Position numbers and translations under genes: made by a program
The notes under the pieces: generated by a model
The model's input: only the letters and a program-made list of their open reading frames with translations
The model's database searches: none
Told to the model about the DNA's origin: nothing
Part shown: piece by piece, positions 13,053-25,118 of the stretch
Numbering within the stretch: the stretch's first letter is position 1
Layout: every line of letters begins with the position of its first letter
Assembly (NCBI GenBank): GCA_964106645.2
Contig: OZ067042.1
Reading direction: 5' to 3' (one strand)
Source: Podarcis pityusensis
Taxonomy: Eukaryota
Length of the DNA stretch: 64,000 bases

Positions 13053-13605
13053 ACACACAGAGTGTTGCTTTTCTAGAAAAAGAGGTGCTAGAACCCACAA
13101 TCAATGCCTCCCTTGTTCTCTCATAATGGCAATGGCACCCATCTGAGAAATGCTGGAACTAAGTTCTACTGAGTTTTATCTGAAAAAAGCCATCCATATA
13201 TATATTTAGAAGCAAGGGTTTTAGATTCTCAATAGTCACTGGCTTCTGATTTAACAGTTTTGATTCAGACATGGATGACAAATTGAATTGGAATGACACA
13301 GAGTGGATCCAAAATTATTATTATTGTTTATTAAATTTATATACTGCGCAGTTATATATTGTGGGAAAGTGTGCTGTTTGGGTTTGAAGACAAAGGTGAC
13401 CCTTTAGCTATAATGTTCCAGATGTAGTGTTTGGATTGTGCCAAGATGAGCCTCTGGTTAAGGGGTGCTCAGGCCAAGTGCTGGAAGTTGAAGAACACTC
13501 CGTGAGGAATGAAAGAATGAGCTTGTCCTCAAAGGAACAGATTTCATCTTGGCTCTTTGGAGGAGCCACAATGGGATGAGAGATTTGTTGGGATGCTTCC
13601 AAACA

Positions 13606-16471
13606 GGGAGACAGTGCTCCTGAAGGTAGGAGTCTATCAATTGATGAAGATGATCATCCAAATGTCATAGACCAAATGGAGCAAACAGCATGCAGACCTA
13701 GTGGTGGGAGGAAAAAATCCTTAAATAAGAGACACGGGGGAATGATTAATGGACTTCAATGTCTGTACACTAATGCGCAAAGCATGGGAAATAAACAAGA
13801 TGAGCTTGAGCTCTTGGTACAGCAAACTAAATATGACATAATAGGCATCACTGAAACCTGGTGGGATAAGTCCCACGATTGGAATGTAATGGGGGATACA
13901 ATCTATTTCAGAGAAACAGACCAGACAAGAAAGGAGGAGGAGTGGCGTTATATGTCAGGGATGTGTATACCTGTGAAGAGATCCAAGATTTAGAACCTCA
14001 AAGCCAAAGTGAGAGCATTTGGGTCAAAATTAAGGGAGAGAAGAATAACAGTGACCTCATTGTGGGAGTTTACTATAGATCCCCAAGCCAAACGGAGGAC
14101 ATAGATGATGCCTTCCTGGAACAGATGGCCAAGCATGCAAAAGGAAGGGAGATAGTAGGAATGGGGGACTTCAATTACCCGGATATTTGTTGGATGTCAA
14201 ACTCAGCCAAGAGCATAAGGTCAAACAGATTCCTCACTGGCCTTGCAGACAACTTCATTGTCCAGAAAGTGGGAGAAGCAACAAGAGGAACAGCCATTTT
14301 AGATCTGGTCCTAACCAATGTTGATGACCTGGTTAGTGGGGTAGAAGTAGAAGGATCATTAGGCGCGAGTGATCATGCTCTTCTGAAGTTTACTATACAG
14401 CGGAAAGGAGCAGCCAAGCATACTAGGACTCAATTTCTTGACTTTAAGAAAGCCGACTTCATAAAACTTAGGGAAGTGCTGGGTGAGATCCCATGGACAG
14501 TAACACTAAAAGGAAAGGGAGCTCATGATGGCTGGGAGTTTGTTAAGAGGGAGAGGGAAAAGGGGGGAAATCACCAAAGAGGAATTCAAACAAATAGCCA
14601 GCACGTGTAGACACAAAGTCAGAAAAGCTAAAGCACAGAATGAACTCAGGCTTGCGAGAGAGGTTAAAAGCAACAAAAAAGGCTTTTATGGGTATGTTCG
14701 TAGCAAAAGGAAGAACAAAGAAACAGTGGGGTCACTCAGAGAAGAAGATGGTGAAATGCAAACAGGGGACACAGAAAGGGCTGAACTCCTCAATGCCTTC
14801 TTTGCCTCAGTCTTCTCCGATAAAGAAAACAATGCCCGACCTGAAGAATTTGGAGCAAATGATTCAGCAAAGGAAACACAGCCCAGAATAACTAAGGAGA
14901 TAGTACAAGAATACTTGGCTAGTTTAGATGTATTCAAGTCTCCAGGGCCAGATGAACTGCATCCCAGAGTATTAAAAGAACTGGCAGATGTGATCTCAGA
15001 ACCACTGGCAGTCATCTTTGAGAATTCCTGGAGAACAGGCAAAGTCCCGGCAGACTGGAGGAGGGCAAATGTTGTCCCTATTTTCAAAAAGGGGAAAAGA
15101 GAGGACCCAAATAATTACCGCCCAGTCAGTCTGACATCAATACCAGGGAAGATTCTGGAGCAGATCATTAAGCAAACAGTCTGTGAGCACCTAGAAAGGA
15201 ATGCTGTGATCACCAATAGTCAGCATGGATTTCTGTAAAATAAGTCATGTCAGACTAACCTGATCTCGGTTTTTGACAGAATTACAAGCCTGGTAGATGA
15301 AGGGAACGCAGTGGATGTAGCCTACCTTGATTTCAGCAAGGCATTTGACAAGGTGCCCCATGATATTCTTGTAAAGAAGCTGGTAAAATGCGGTCTTGAC
15401 TATGCTACCACTCAGTGGATTTGTAACTGGCTGACTGACCAAACCCAAAGGGTGCTCATCAATGGTTCCTCTTCATCCTGGAGAAGAGTGACTAATGGGG
15501 TGCCACAGGGTTCTGTCTTGGGCCCGGTCTTATTCAACATCTTTATCAATGACTTGGATGATGGACTCAAGGGCATCCTGATCAAATTTGCAGATGACGC
15601 CAAACTGGGAGGGGTGGCTAACACCCCAGAGGACAGGATCACACTTCAAAACGACCTTGACAGATTAGAGAACTGGGCCAAAACAAACAAGATGAATTTT
15701 AACAGGGAGAAATGTAAAGTATTGCACTTGGGCAAAAAAAATGAGAGGCACAAATACAAGATGGGGGACACCTGGCTTGAGAGCAGTACATGTGAAAAGG
15801 ATCTAGGAGTCTTGGTTGACCACAAACTTGACATGAGCCAACAGTGTGACGCGGCAGCTAAAAAAGCCAATGCAATTCTGGGCTGCATCAATAGGAGTAT
15901 AGTATCTAGATCAAGGGAAATAATAGTGCCACTGTATTCTGCTCTGGTCAGACCTCACCTGAGTACTGTGTCCAGTTCTGGGCACCACAGTTCAAGAAGG
16001 ACACTGACAAACTGGAACGTGTCCAGAGGAGGGCAACCAAAATGGTCAAAGGCCTGGAAACGATGCCTTATGAGGAACGGCTAAGGGAGCTGGGCATGTT
16101 TAGCCTGGAGAAGAGGAGGTTAAGGGGTGATATGATAGCCATGTTCAAATATATAAAAGGATGTCACATAGAGGAGGGAGAAAGGTTGTTTTCTGCTGCT
16201 CCAGAGAAGCGGACATGGAGCAATGGATCCAAGCTACAAGAAAGAAGATTCCACCTAAACATTAGGAAGAACTTCCTGACAGTAAGAGCTGTTCGACAGT
16301 GGAATTTGCTGCCAAGGAGTGTGGTGGAGTCTCCTTCTTTGGAGGTCTTTAAGCAGAGGCTTGACAACCATATGTCAGGAGTGCTCTGATGGTGTTTCCT
16401 GCTTGGCAGGGGGTTGGACTCGATGGCCCTTGTGGTCTCTTCCAACTCTATGATTATATGATTCTATGATT
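13606..16471 (+). mobile_element. CR1 LINE with near-complete but disrupted ORF2 (APE endonuclease + reverse transcriptase), 5'-truncated
   Basis: EN motifs CLYTNAQSMGNKQDELE, ITETWW, GVYYRSP, MGDFNYP, SDH; RT motifs NYRPVSLTSIPGK, YLDFSKAFDKVPH, GVPQGSVLGP, FADD (15587-15598); (ATTCTATG)n tail; candidate TSD CAAACA at 13600-13605 and 16472-16477. Lesions: frameshift ~13890, internal deletion ~14551, TAA at 15236-15238, 1-bp deletion ~15960. Confidence 0.97.
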
Positions 16472-16488
16472 CAAACACTACAGCTACT

Positions 16489-16729
16489 AAGAAGAGTTTG
16501 GATTTGATATCCCGCTTTATCACTACTTGAAGGAGTCTCAAAGCGGCTAACATTCTCCTTTCCCTTCCTCCCCCACAACAAACACTCTGTGAGGTGAGTG
16601 AGACGAAGAGACTTCAGAGAAGTGTGACTAGCCCAAGGTCACCCAGCAGCTGCATGTGGAGGCGTGGGGAATCAAACCCAGTTCACCAGATTATGAGTCT
16701 ACCACTCTTAACCACTACACCACACTGGC
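16489..16729 (-). mobile_element. Squam3-type SINE, second copy
   Basis: Colinear with 436-674; short (CTT) tail. Confidence 0.85.
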
Positions 16730-17189
16730 AGGACAAATCTTGTGGCTGCAGTACACCACAAACTTTGTTAGCCCCATTACAGTAGCTCCTTGGCTAGGCC
16801 TTTGCAGCTGTTTCACACTTCTTATGATATTCTGCAGAACCTGTGACTTTTCCTTCTGCTCCAATGGAGATTCCTTTCTGTTTTGCCATTGCATTTACAT
16901 TTCAGTCTCTTGGCTGCATTTAAACTTCAGCCTGTGATTGCACCTGCCTGCTTTGCAAGATTTGCTCACCAGATGGCAATGTAAGAACAACAGATGCTGC
17001 TCCTAGCTGCTTGTTAGACAAACAAATATAATAAAGCATAAGGGAAGCTTGACCTTTCCTTGCCATTTCAACATATTGCCAAGGAGGAATAGATTTTTTT
17101 TTGTGCCAAATGAAGCATGCAGCCGTGCTGATGGGGACCCACTGCTTCATTTACAGCAGGGAGGCAAGAATAGTTAGGGACTGAATCAG

Positions 17190-17480
17190 AATCTTGCTCA
17201 CTCATATCTGCTACAATCTGCAGGCAAGGCAAGTTGAAATGACAGCTGTATCTAACCATTGCTATCTATATTTGTATCGCTGATGGAATCAGTCAGCGGA
17301 AGAGACTCCAGTGTGCTAAGTCACTGTGAATGCCTCTGCAGCTTTTGTATTGAATTAATTCAAACAATTAGATAATATCAGCTCAGCAATTTAGCAGGCA
17401 TTACGGCCCTGGAGCACTGATTTTTGAAATCTGTATCTTCAGAGAGGCCTTTCCCTATTGCCTTGTTTAACAAGCAACTC
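17190..17480. promoter_or_regulatory. Candidate conserved non-coding element
   Basis: TE-free; TGACAGCTG (MEIS/E-box-like), GAATTAATTC, AACAATTAG, retained CpGs; conservation cannot be seen from a single sequence. Confidence 0.3.
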
Positions 17481-17615
17481 CTGCATATCCGCTAAGGAGC
17501 ACTGTAGTCAGAATGGGCCTCTCCCCAATTGTCTCCTAAGTTTTGACAGTGAACTCTTCTGGAGAAGGTCTTCCAGTCTTAGAAAACAATCCTGAAATCG
17601 CACGTCTTAAGTATA

Positions 17616-18388
17616 ATTGTTTAATTCACACTGAAATGGAGAATGCATGTACGCTGCTAAGAGTTTAACACTGGAAAATTCCATTGGAGTATACTAAGCC
17701 AGAAACAGCTCTCTCTGAGCTCTAATTAACTGTTGTTGTTCTCTGGTAGTCCTCACATGAATGTTTAACCTTAGATCATGTGATCATTCTCCACCTTAGA
17801 AGAATGGTGGCTGTTTTCTTTGTTTCTAGGTTCCATGGGAGAAGGTTGTGCAAATTACTCCCACTCCAGGAGCTCAACTGCCTTGGGCTGGAATGCAGGT
17901 TAATGGAGCCTGTGTGAGAGAGAGCTATGTTTGTCAGCTCTGATTGTAAGCTACAGTGGTACCTCAGGTTAAGTACTTAATTCATTCCGGAGGTCCGTTC
18001 TTAACCTGAAACTGTTCTTAACCTGAAGCACTACTTTAGCTAATGGGGCCTTCTGCTGCCGCCACGCTGCCAGAGCCCGATTTCTGTTCTTAACCTGAAG
18101 CAAAGTTCTTAACCTGAAGCACTATTTCTGGGTTAGCAGAGTGTGTAACCTGAAGCGTATGTAACCTGAGGTACCACTGTATCTTATTTCTAAGAAGATG
18201 GTTGGGCAGGCATATGTCTTAGGGAATTATTTGGATGAATGTTTTGCATCTGTTTTTTTTTTTTTTAAGAAGTCCTGGTTAGTAAAGTTTGAAATAATAC
18301 TTTCGGGTCTGGACAATGTTTTATTCCAAAAGTAGCAAGTTTTCATGCATCCAGCTGCTTCATGCTGCACAATATTAATATCTGCAAT
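17616..18388 (+). repeat. Copy 1 of a diverged ~530-bp duplication (interrupted by a MITE)
   Basis: Six colinear near-exact blocks shared with 29002-29540. Confidence 0.85.
17954..18179. mobile_element. Tc1/mariner MITE family A
   Basis: TA-CAGTGGTACCTCAGGTT...AACCTGAGGTACCACTG-TA; inverted relative to 2522-2747. Confidence 0.92.
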
Positions 18389-18714
18389 AACAAGTACATT
18401 CCCTTGAGTTCCAAGTGACTTACTTTCAGCTGCAATCCTATTCATATTTACCTAGGAGTTAGTTCTATGGAACTCAATAGGACTTAATATTGAGCAGACA
18501 TGTATAGAATTGCACTGTTAATGCACAGTATTAACAGTGGGGGAATGCAGTCCTTAAAGTACCCAGGACCAAAGCTTTAAACTAATCACCAGCACAGAAT
18601 TGTGCTTTGATTGACTGAATTGTTACTTATGATGCTTCAATATTATATATTTGTCCTAACTTAGCATTAAAGCAGATGCCAACAATGATTTTACTGCAGT
18701 GTACCTTTTTATGA

Positions 18715-19086
18715 GGGACACGGGTGGCACTGTGGGTTAAACTACTGTGCCGCTTGGGTTTGCCGATCGAAAGGTCGGTGGTTCAGATCCCCGCGATGGG
18801 GTGAGCTCTTGTTGCTCGGTCCCAGCTCCTGCCAACCTAGCAGTTTGAAAGCACACAGTGCAAATAGATAAATAGGTACCACTCCGGCAGGAAGGTAAAC
18901 TGCATTTCTGTGCATTGCTCTGGTTTCACCAGAAGCGGCTTAGTCATGCTGGCCACATGACCTGGAAAAACTGTCTGCGGAAGCAGACAAACGCCATCTC
19001 CCTCGGCCTGTAAAGCGAGATGAGCGCTGCAACCCCAAAATCGTTTGCAACTGGACTTAATTGTCAGGGGTCCCTTTACCTTTTAC
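18715..19086 (+). mobile_element. Sauria SINE (Squam1), full length
   Basis: GGGACACGGGTGGCACTGTGGGTTAAA head, AAATAGGTACC, TAGTCATGCTGGCCACATGACC body, (TTTACC) tail; TSD TTTTTATG. Confidence 0.9.
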
Positions 19087-19214
19087 TTTTTTATGGGCAA
19101 GCACTGAGCTCACGTTGGCAAGTGCATATGCACATGTGCATAATAATAATTTGTAAAATGCCAAACTATTAAAAGCGCAACATGTAAAAAAGAAAGAAGA
19201 ATAAATTTGTTCCC

Positions 19215-19760
19215 GGAAGACACAAGATCTACCCACCCTGGAAGAATGGCAGATGAAGGTGATGGACTATATGGAACTGGCGGAAATGACTGGCAGAATC
19301 CGAGACCAGGGAGAAGAGTCGGTGGAAGAAGATTGGAAGAAATTTAAAGACTATCTACAGAAATATTGTAAAATTAATGAATGTTAGAATGATGTTGGAA
19401 TGAAGCTAAGGGGTTTTTAGTAGCAATGTTACAAGGAGTATGTAAAAATGGATTGCTAACAGATGAGAATATACAGTTATTATATATTAAGACAAAGGAC
19501 TAAGATAAAAACAAAGAGGGAAAGGATTTGCTGAATTAACTTACTGAACTGGAAAACAAAAAGGGGAGGTGTGAGGAGGTCAGGGAAACAAGTGAATGAA
19601 AGACAAGATATGGAAAGATTGATTTGTTTTTAATTGTTTTTACTTTTTTGTATTTTGTATTCTCTTCTTTCTTTTTTTTCTCTTCTTCTTTTTCTTATTA
19701 TTACTATTGTAACTTCTTTTTTTATTTCTGAAACTTTAATAAATATCTTATAAAAAAAAT
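19215..19760 (+). mobile_element. L1-clade LINE 3' end
   Basis: Encodes KTQDLPTLEEWQMKVMDYMELAEMTGRIRDQGEESVEEDWKKFKDYLQKYC, homologous to the 52300-52500 peptide; AATAAA plus poly(A); 15-bp TSD AATAAATTTGTTCCC at 19200-19214 and 19761-19775. Confidence 0.92.
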
Positions 19761-20807
19761 AATAAATTTGTTCCCAAGCAATTTCAGTGACAGATGAAAA
19801 TGGGTTCATGGAAAGCATTCTATATGCTGCTTTCCAGCATTCTTGTTAGCATCATTGCCGATTTTTTTATTTGCAAAAGGTGCTACAACATTATGCCTGT
19901 ATTTATTATTTTTATATATTATCAGTTTTAAAAAATGACAGCAGAGTACTTGGAAACTGACTAGCAGCCGGCCAAGATGTTTCAGAACTGGAATGTTGTG
20001 TTCTTTGTGCATCTTTGTTTCTGTATTGTGCCAGAAGCACAGACACTGCAATGCAGAGAAGACCCTTGGATTGGGAACCATACCGTCAGAAATGAGTGAA
20101 GGAATGTGTTGAATGCAGAAGATGGTGCTCAGGGTAGAGAACTCAAGCAAGTGGAGTAGGGGTTTAGTGAGTACTTCCGGGCCTTTTATTTTGAAAGTTG
20201 ACTTATGCATGTGAATATCTGAACATCTTATTTATGCAGCAAGATAAAGTGTGATTTCTTAAAGCATAAATAGCAATGGTAGCCATGTTGGTCTATAAGA
20301 CTTTATGGACAATGACTTCATTTGGAGCAACCAAAATGTCAAAAAAACATGCCACACTTTTGAATTCTCCAGAACTCTGTCAGGCAAGATGTTGCATATC
20401 TTGTGTAATAGCTTGTCTCATGGAAAGATTCAGAGAACTTGAAAGCTTGCTACAATTTTGTGACCTTGTGATTGGTACTAGTAAAAAACACTACTCAACC
20501 GTGGATTTTGGAGTTCCTGGCCACTGATTAAAATATGAGATTGAGATCCAGCAGATAACCATTCCTGTTGTGTTTTGAATTGGTAGCCTTGATGATGAAT
20601 GACGGAGCAGGAAATGTTAATGCAATGAATGAATGAATGAATGACCATGGTGGTACCACAACTGGAATGGGGCCAGCCCACCACTCCACACATACATTTT
20701 TGACAAAAAAATTATCTTTCTTCTGTAATAAATCTCTAATTGTGAGCTTTGGTCTAAAAGCCCATTTTTCTTGTCTGGTTTTAACATATCATGTAATTGG
20801 TGATACT

Positions 20808-21242
20808 TGTAGTGGTTCTAGGGGTTGCTCGTGCGTAAGCCGGTGCAAACACCTGGCTGGGTTGCCTGAGTGAACCTTTCCTGTCCGGACAGCCACTCAC
20901 CCGTGGCTGTCTCAATCGCTGGCAGAATCCGTCAGTGGGCGTTTCTTAAACTTCTTCCAGCAAAGAAGCTCTTTGACGCCTAGTCTCCTCCTACTCTCTC
21001 TGCGCGAAAGCCTTCTGCGCAAGGAGGGCGTAGGCAGCGGAGGACCTCTACTCTCCCCGCTGGTCCCCGGCAAGGAGTCATGGGACCGCCTCGCCGCTTC
21101 CCCCATCTGCCCCCCTTCTCCACTGGTGCTACACTGATTCTCTTCCCCAGAAGATGGGCTGCCTCTCCCACTCCCGGGACGCTCTCCGGAATCCCTCTGG
21201 ATTTTGGTCTCTCTCTCTGGCACTGATGGCAGTTCCCTGACA
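20808..21242. mobile_element. Solo LTR, 435 bp
   Basis: TGT...ACA termini, exact 5-bp TSD ATACT at 20803-20807 and 21243-21247, sharp GC/CpG-rich block. Confidence 0.8.
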
Positions 21243-21692
21243 ATACTGTAACCAGTCCGTAACTTGGCTCCTTAAGTCTTCCAATGGTTTCAATCTGGGT
21301 TCACTTTCTGAAAACAAAACTACTCTGAATGCCTACCAGCCAGGCAAAAGTACTCAAGGATGTGAAGCAGGAGTGGCAAGAGGAGTGGCCTGGGAAGTAG
21401 GTGTGGCCTTGGATATCCCAGTGGCCAGACAGTAAGGCCTGGAAGAGTGTGTTGGCTGCCCAGGCCTCAGTTACCCCTCCACTGTGGTCAGCACAAAGGT
21501 GTTCCTAACTACTGTTCATTGTTGGTTTTATTTTTAAGTGAAATATTTTTACTTTTAAACGAATCAGTGAAAAACTAGTGGAAACACTAGTTTCCCACAC
21601 TTCAGTTTAAACAAAGGCAATTGTTTGCATAGGGATGTTTGCGATCAGGAAGCCCAGGCAGCTGGGGAGGCTGCAAAGTGTTGGAAAAAATG

Positions 21693-21732
21693 AAAGGAAG
21701 GAAGGAAGGAAGGAAGGAAGGAAGGAAGGAAG
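21693..21732. repeat. (GAAG)n microsatellite
   Basis: Direct reading. Confidence 0.9.
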
Positions 21733-23979
21733 GGGCTCAATCCTGCAGCCACTGAAATTATAAAGAAATAGAGGTGGAAAAACAGAGCCATTTTTCACAG
21801 GAAAAGAAATATTTTGTGAAACTGGAGCACAGAGTTCAGCATAGTGCTAATTTCCATCATGCATGCCTTCACTGGATGTTACCCCGTCCACTCAATTTTA
21901 TATTTCTGTGAGGCGTCCACTGGGGTGACAGATAAAGTAGCAGCTTCAACTTTGTGAACCGACTCTCACTTCTGCTTGACATGGTTAAGTTACTGTTTTG
22001 CATTTTTAACAGAGCAGGCTTGTATCTTTCATCAGCTTCCTAAAGCAATTAGGAGAATTCTCTTCAGTCAGCAGACTGTTTTCATACTGTGAGGAAAGGG
22101 GGGGGGGGGGCAAAGAAATGTATAATAGCACTTGGCTGCAGTCCTCAGAGAAGCGATTCACTGGCATTTCTGGCTTTTTTCCTGTTCAGTAAGGATTGTA
22201 CCACAGGAACATTTGGATCATCAGTTTGCCTGTAAATGATTTTAACCATGCATCTGAAAATTAGTTTCTCATTCAGGGCTAGTTTTCCACCCCCTCTCAC
22301 TTTCCCCCACACCCTTCAAGAGATGCTTCCTTTAGGATTTTATTTAAAGAAACTCCAAAGTGCTGACAGCCTCATTTAATTTATCTCTGCACTGGCTTTT
22401 TTGTCACAGAGATAGCACAGTGAAATTGAAGAAGTTTGGGAGTTTGCTGTATATCAAGGTATATTGGTCGTAAAAGCTTAAATCATAGGAAAGGGGAAAA
22501 GATTAACCCATTCTAGTATATCACACTGCCAAAAACAGCAATAACATTCCACTAAGGATGTGAAGAACTGAGATCGGAAAACCAAAATAAGGGTTATAAA
22601 CACTGGAATATATCCTTATCACTGTCACACACTTGGATTTATATGTGTAATATTCCAAGTGCAGAGAAGAGAAAATAACCTCAAACCAAGTTTGGTACAA
22701 AAATAATAAAACAAACGAAGTGTTTGTTTTTTGTTTTAAAAAATGTTATTCCCTTTAAAATTTGCAGTACAATCAAGCAACAATTATGAACCCATTCTAC
22801 ACTATCCCTCATATAAATGATCTATATCTCTGTAATCCTAACTCTATGCCTCAGCAGCAATAAAAGTGGGGAAGGAGGTAGCTAGGTTCAGAAATGAGTG
22901 TGGGTAGCCAAGTTCACGTGTGCCAAAGCATCACAATCTCTCTGCCCAAAAATCCGTCAGGACACATTGCATTGGATCAAATGAGGGCCACAATTAGGCC
23001 CCTTGATTATATTGGGTCTACTCTGAGTATAGGTTAGTTGAATACCACAGCTTGCTCTGTGTGGTTAATTTTTGCAGGCTAGGCTTTGATAGAAAATAAC
23101 TATTGCAGAAAAAAAGAGAAAGGAATGCAAATAATAAAAAAATGACCCTGGAAACTGCAGATGTCTTAATAATGAAAAGCCCCATCAAAGATTTGAAGTA
23201 TCTCACTATCTTTGCAAATAATCACAAACCAGTATAGCCCTGTGCTAGAATGTGTATGCATCTATCAACTTGCAATGCCCTTATAATGGGATTATTGTGC
23301 AGAATAATTTATTTTCTATCAAAAGTTTCCAAACTACATAGTTAGTGAGAAACAGGAATGTTGCCAAGCAGAATGGAGAAAACATTAAAATACAGGCCAT
23401 TTAAAATCCGATCAGGCAAACTGTTTTGCCAGACAGTAGAGATTCTGCTGGGAGGTGGGGGGTTAGCCAAGGTGGTGAGATTGAAGGAGCAGGCAGGTGC
23501 AAACCTTGTAGTCTATTTGCCATTTCCATTTTTATTTAAAAGCCCTGTTCATTTTATTTGTTAGTATCGAAGATGGCAATGCTGGGACTATAGATTTATT
23601 ATTGTCAAAAGGCTTATTATTTTCTGACCCTGCTTCATATTGAAAGCATCCATTATCCCTGTGGCATCCTGCAAAATATGTGTTATAAAATTTTTTGTAA
23701 TCTTTACTAAATGTGATAAACTGCCAGCCATTTAAAGAAAAGATGGGCACCTTATTATTATAAAATCATTCCAGGGCCAACTTCAATCCTTCAATGTTTC
23801 CAAAGTTGTGCTGATGTTCAGGAACTTTGACTTAACCTTTAAATGATTTTTTTTTAAAAAAAAAAAAAAAAGAGAAAAACCCCGTAAAAGCCCTTTCACA
23901 ATTCCCTGTCCTATTCTGCTCCATAATTTGTAGTAGAAACATTGGACTAGATCCAGACTAAGTTAGTCATACTTTAGAC

Positions 23980-24369
23980 CAGGGTGGTCTAACATGCATG
24001 TCGCCCTCAAGGCTTTCGGGAACAGTTGATGCTGCCCCCTAGCCCTTGGGCTGCCTTTCCAGCGGGCGTTGGGCTTTGGGAAGGAGGCATGCAGGCTCTG
24101 ATAGGACCCTAGAGTCCTCCCACCTCTTTCCAAAAGCCCAGTTAGAGCTTTTCCAGCTTTGGGAAGGAAGTGGGATGGCTCTAAGACCCTGCCAGAGTCT
24201 CCCACCACCTTCCCAAAACCTGGTGCCTTGTTATGCTAGCTTTGGGAAGGCAGCATGAGGGCCGGGAAGGGGGCATCAAATTTTGGCCTTGTTCCTCCAG
24301 CCCCACGTGACAAGGCAGGGTGGGAAGTACTCTTGTGGCCTACTAGGTATGGAAAGTTGGGCCACCCTG
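23980..24369. mobile_element. hAT-type non-autonomous element nested in an older palindromic element (~23942-24454)
   Basis: TIRs CAGGGTGGTCTAAC / GTTGGGCCACCCTG; TSD CTTTAGAC / CTTTAGTC; outer inverted repeats GATCCAGACTAAG / CTTAGTCTGGATC. Confidence 0.85.
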
Positions 24370-24640
24370 CTTTAGTCCAAATGGCCAAGTTGCTCACGGG
24401 TAATTAAAATCCCAGAGATTTCAGTGGGACTGTCTTAGTCTGGATCCAATCCAACTGGACAGATCCAGCATCCTGTGCTAGCCCTTGCACTAGCAGATGT
24501 GAGTTTAAAGGTTACCCTTCCAGTTCTCCAGTGGAATATTGGGTTCTTGTTGTGCAGTCTGTTGCAATCTTTGTTAATGTGCTTGCATTTTCCCTTGCAA
24601 AACAGCCGAGTCTTCTTGAGAAATCTTGTTCAATGATGTA

Positions 24641-24866
24641 CAGTGGTACCTCTGGTTACATACTTAGTTTGTTCTGGAGGTCCTTTCTTAACCTGAAACT
24701 GTTCTTAACCTGAAGCACCACTTTAGCTAATGGGGCCTCCCGCTGCTGCCACGCCGCCGCCACGCAATTTCTGTTCTCATCCTGAAGCAAAGTTTTTAAC
24801 CCGAGGTACGATTTCTGGGTTAGCGGAGTCTGTAACTTGAAGCGTACGTAACTCGAGGTACCACTG
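24641..24866. mobile_element. Tc1/mariner MITE family A
   Basis: TA-CAGTGGTACCTC...GAGGTACCACTG-TA, 226 bp. Confidence 0.92.
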
Positions 24867-25055
24867 TACATGTGTTTCCCCTCAAGCAACAACATCCCAC
24901 CAGCTCAAATATACCACTTTAACTTGGCATTGCATTGGATACAACCAATTGTTCCTATGTTCAGGGCTGGCATCTCAACGGGCATATTGTTACACAATTG
25001 CTGAGGACCACCCACCCAGTGAGGCTCCCATTGTCAGCCCTGGAGGCCCTGGGAT

Positions 25056-25081
25056 AATAAATAGTAGTAGTAGTAGTAGTA

Positions 25082-25118
<37 letters not shown>

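Noticed and set aside
20912-21317. GC-rich ORFs
   Set aside because: They lie within the solo LTR and are expected from GC content
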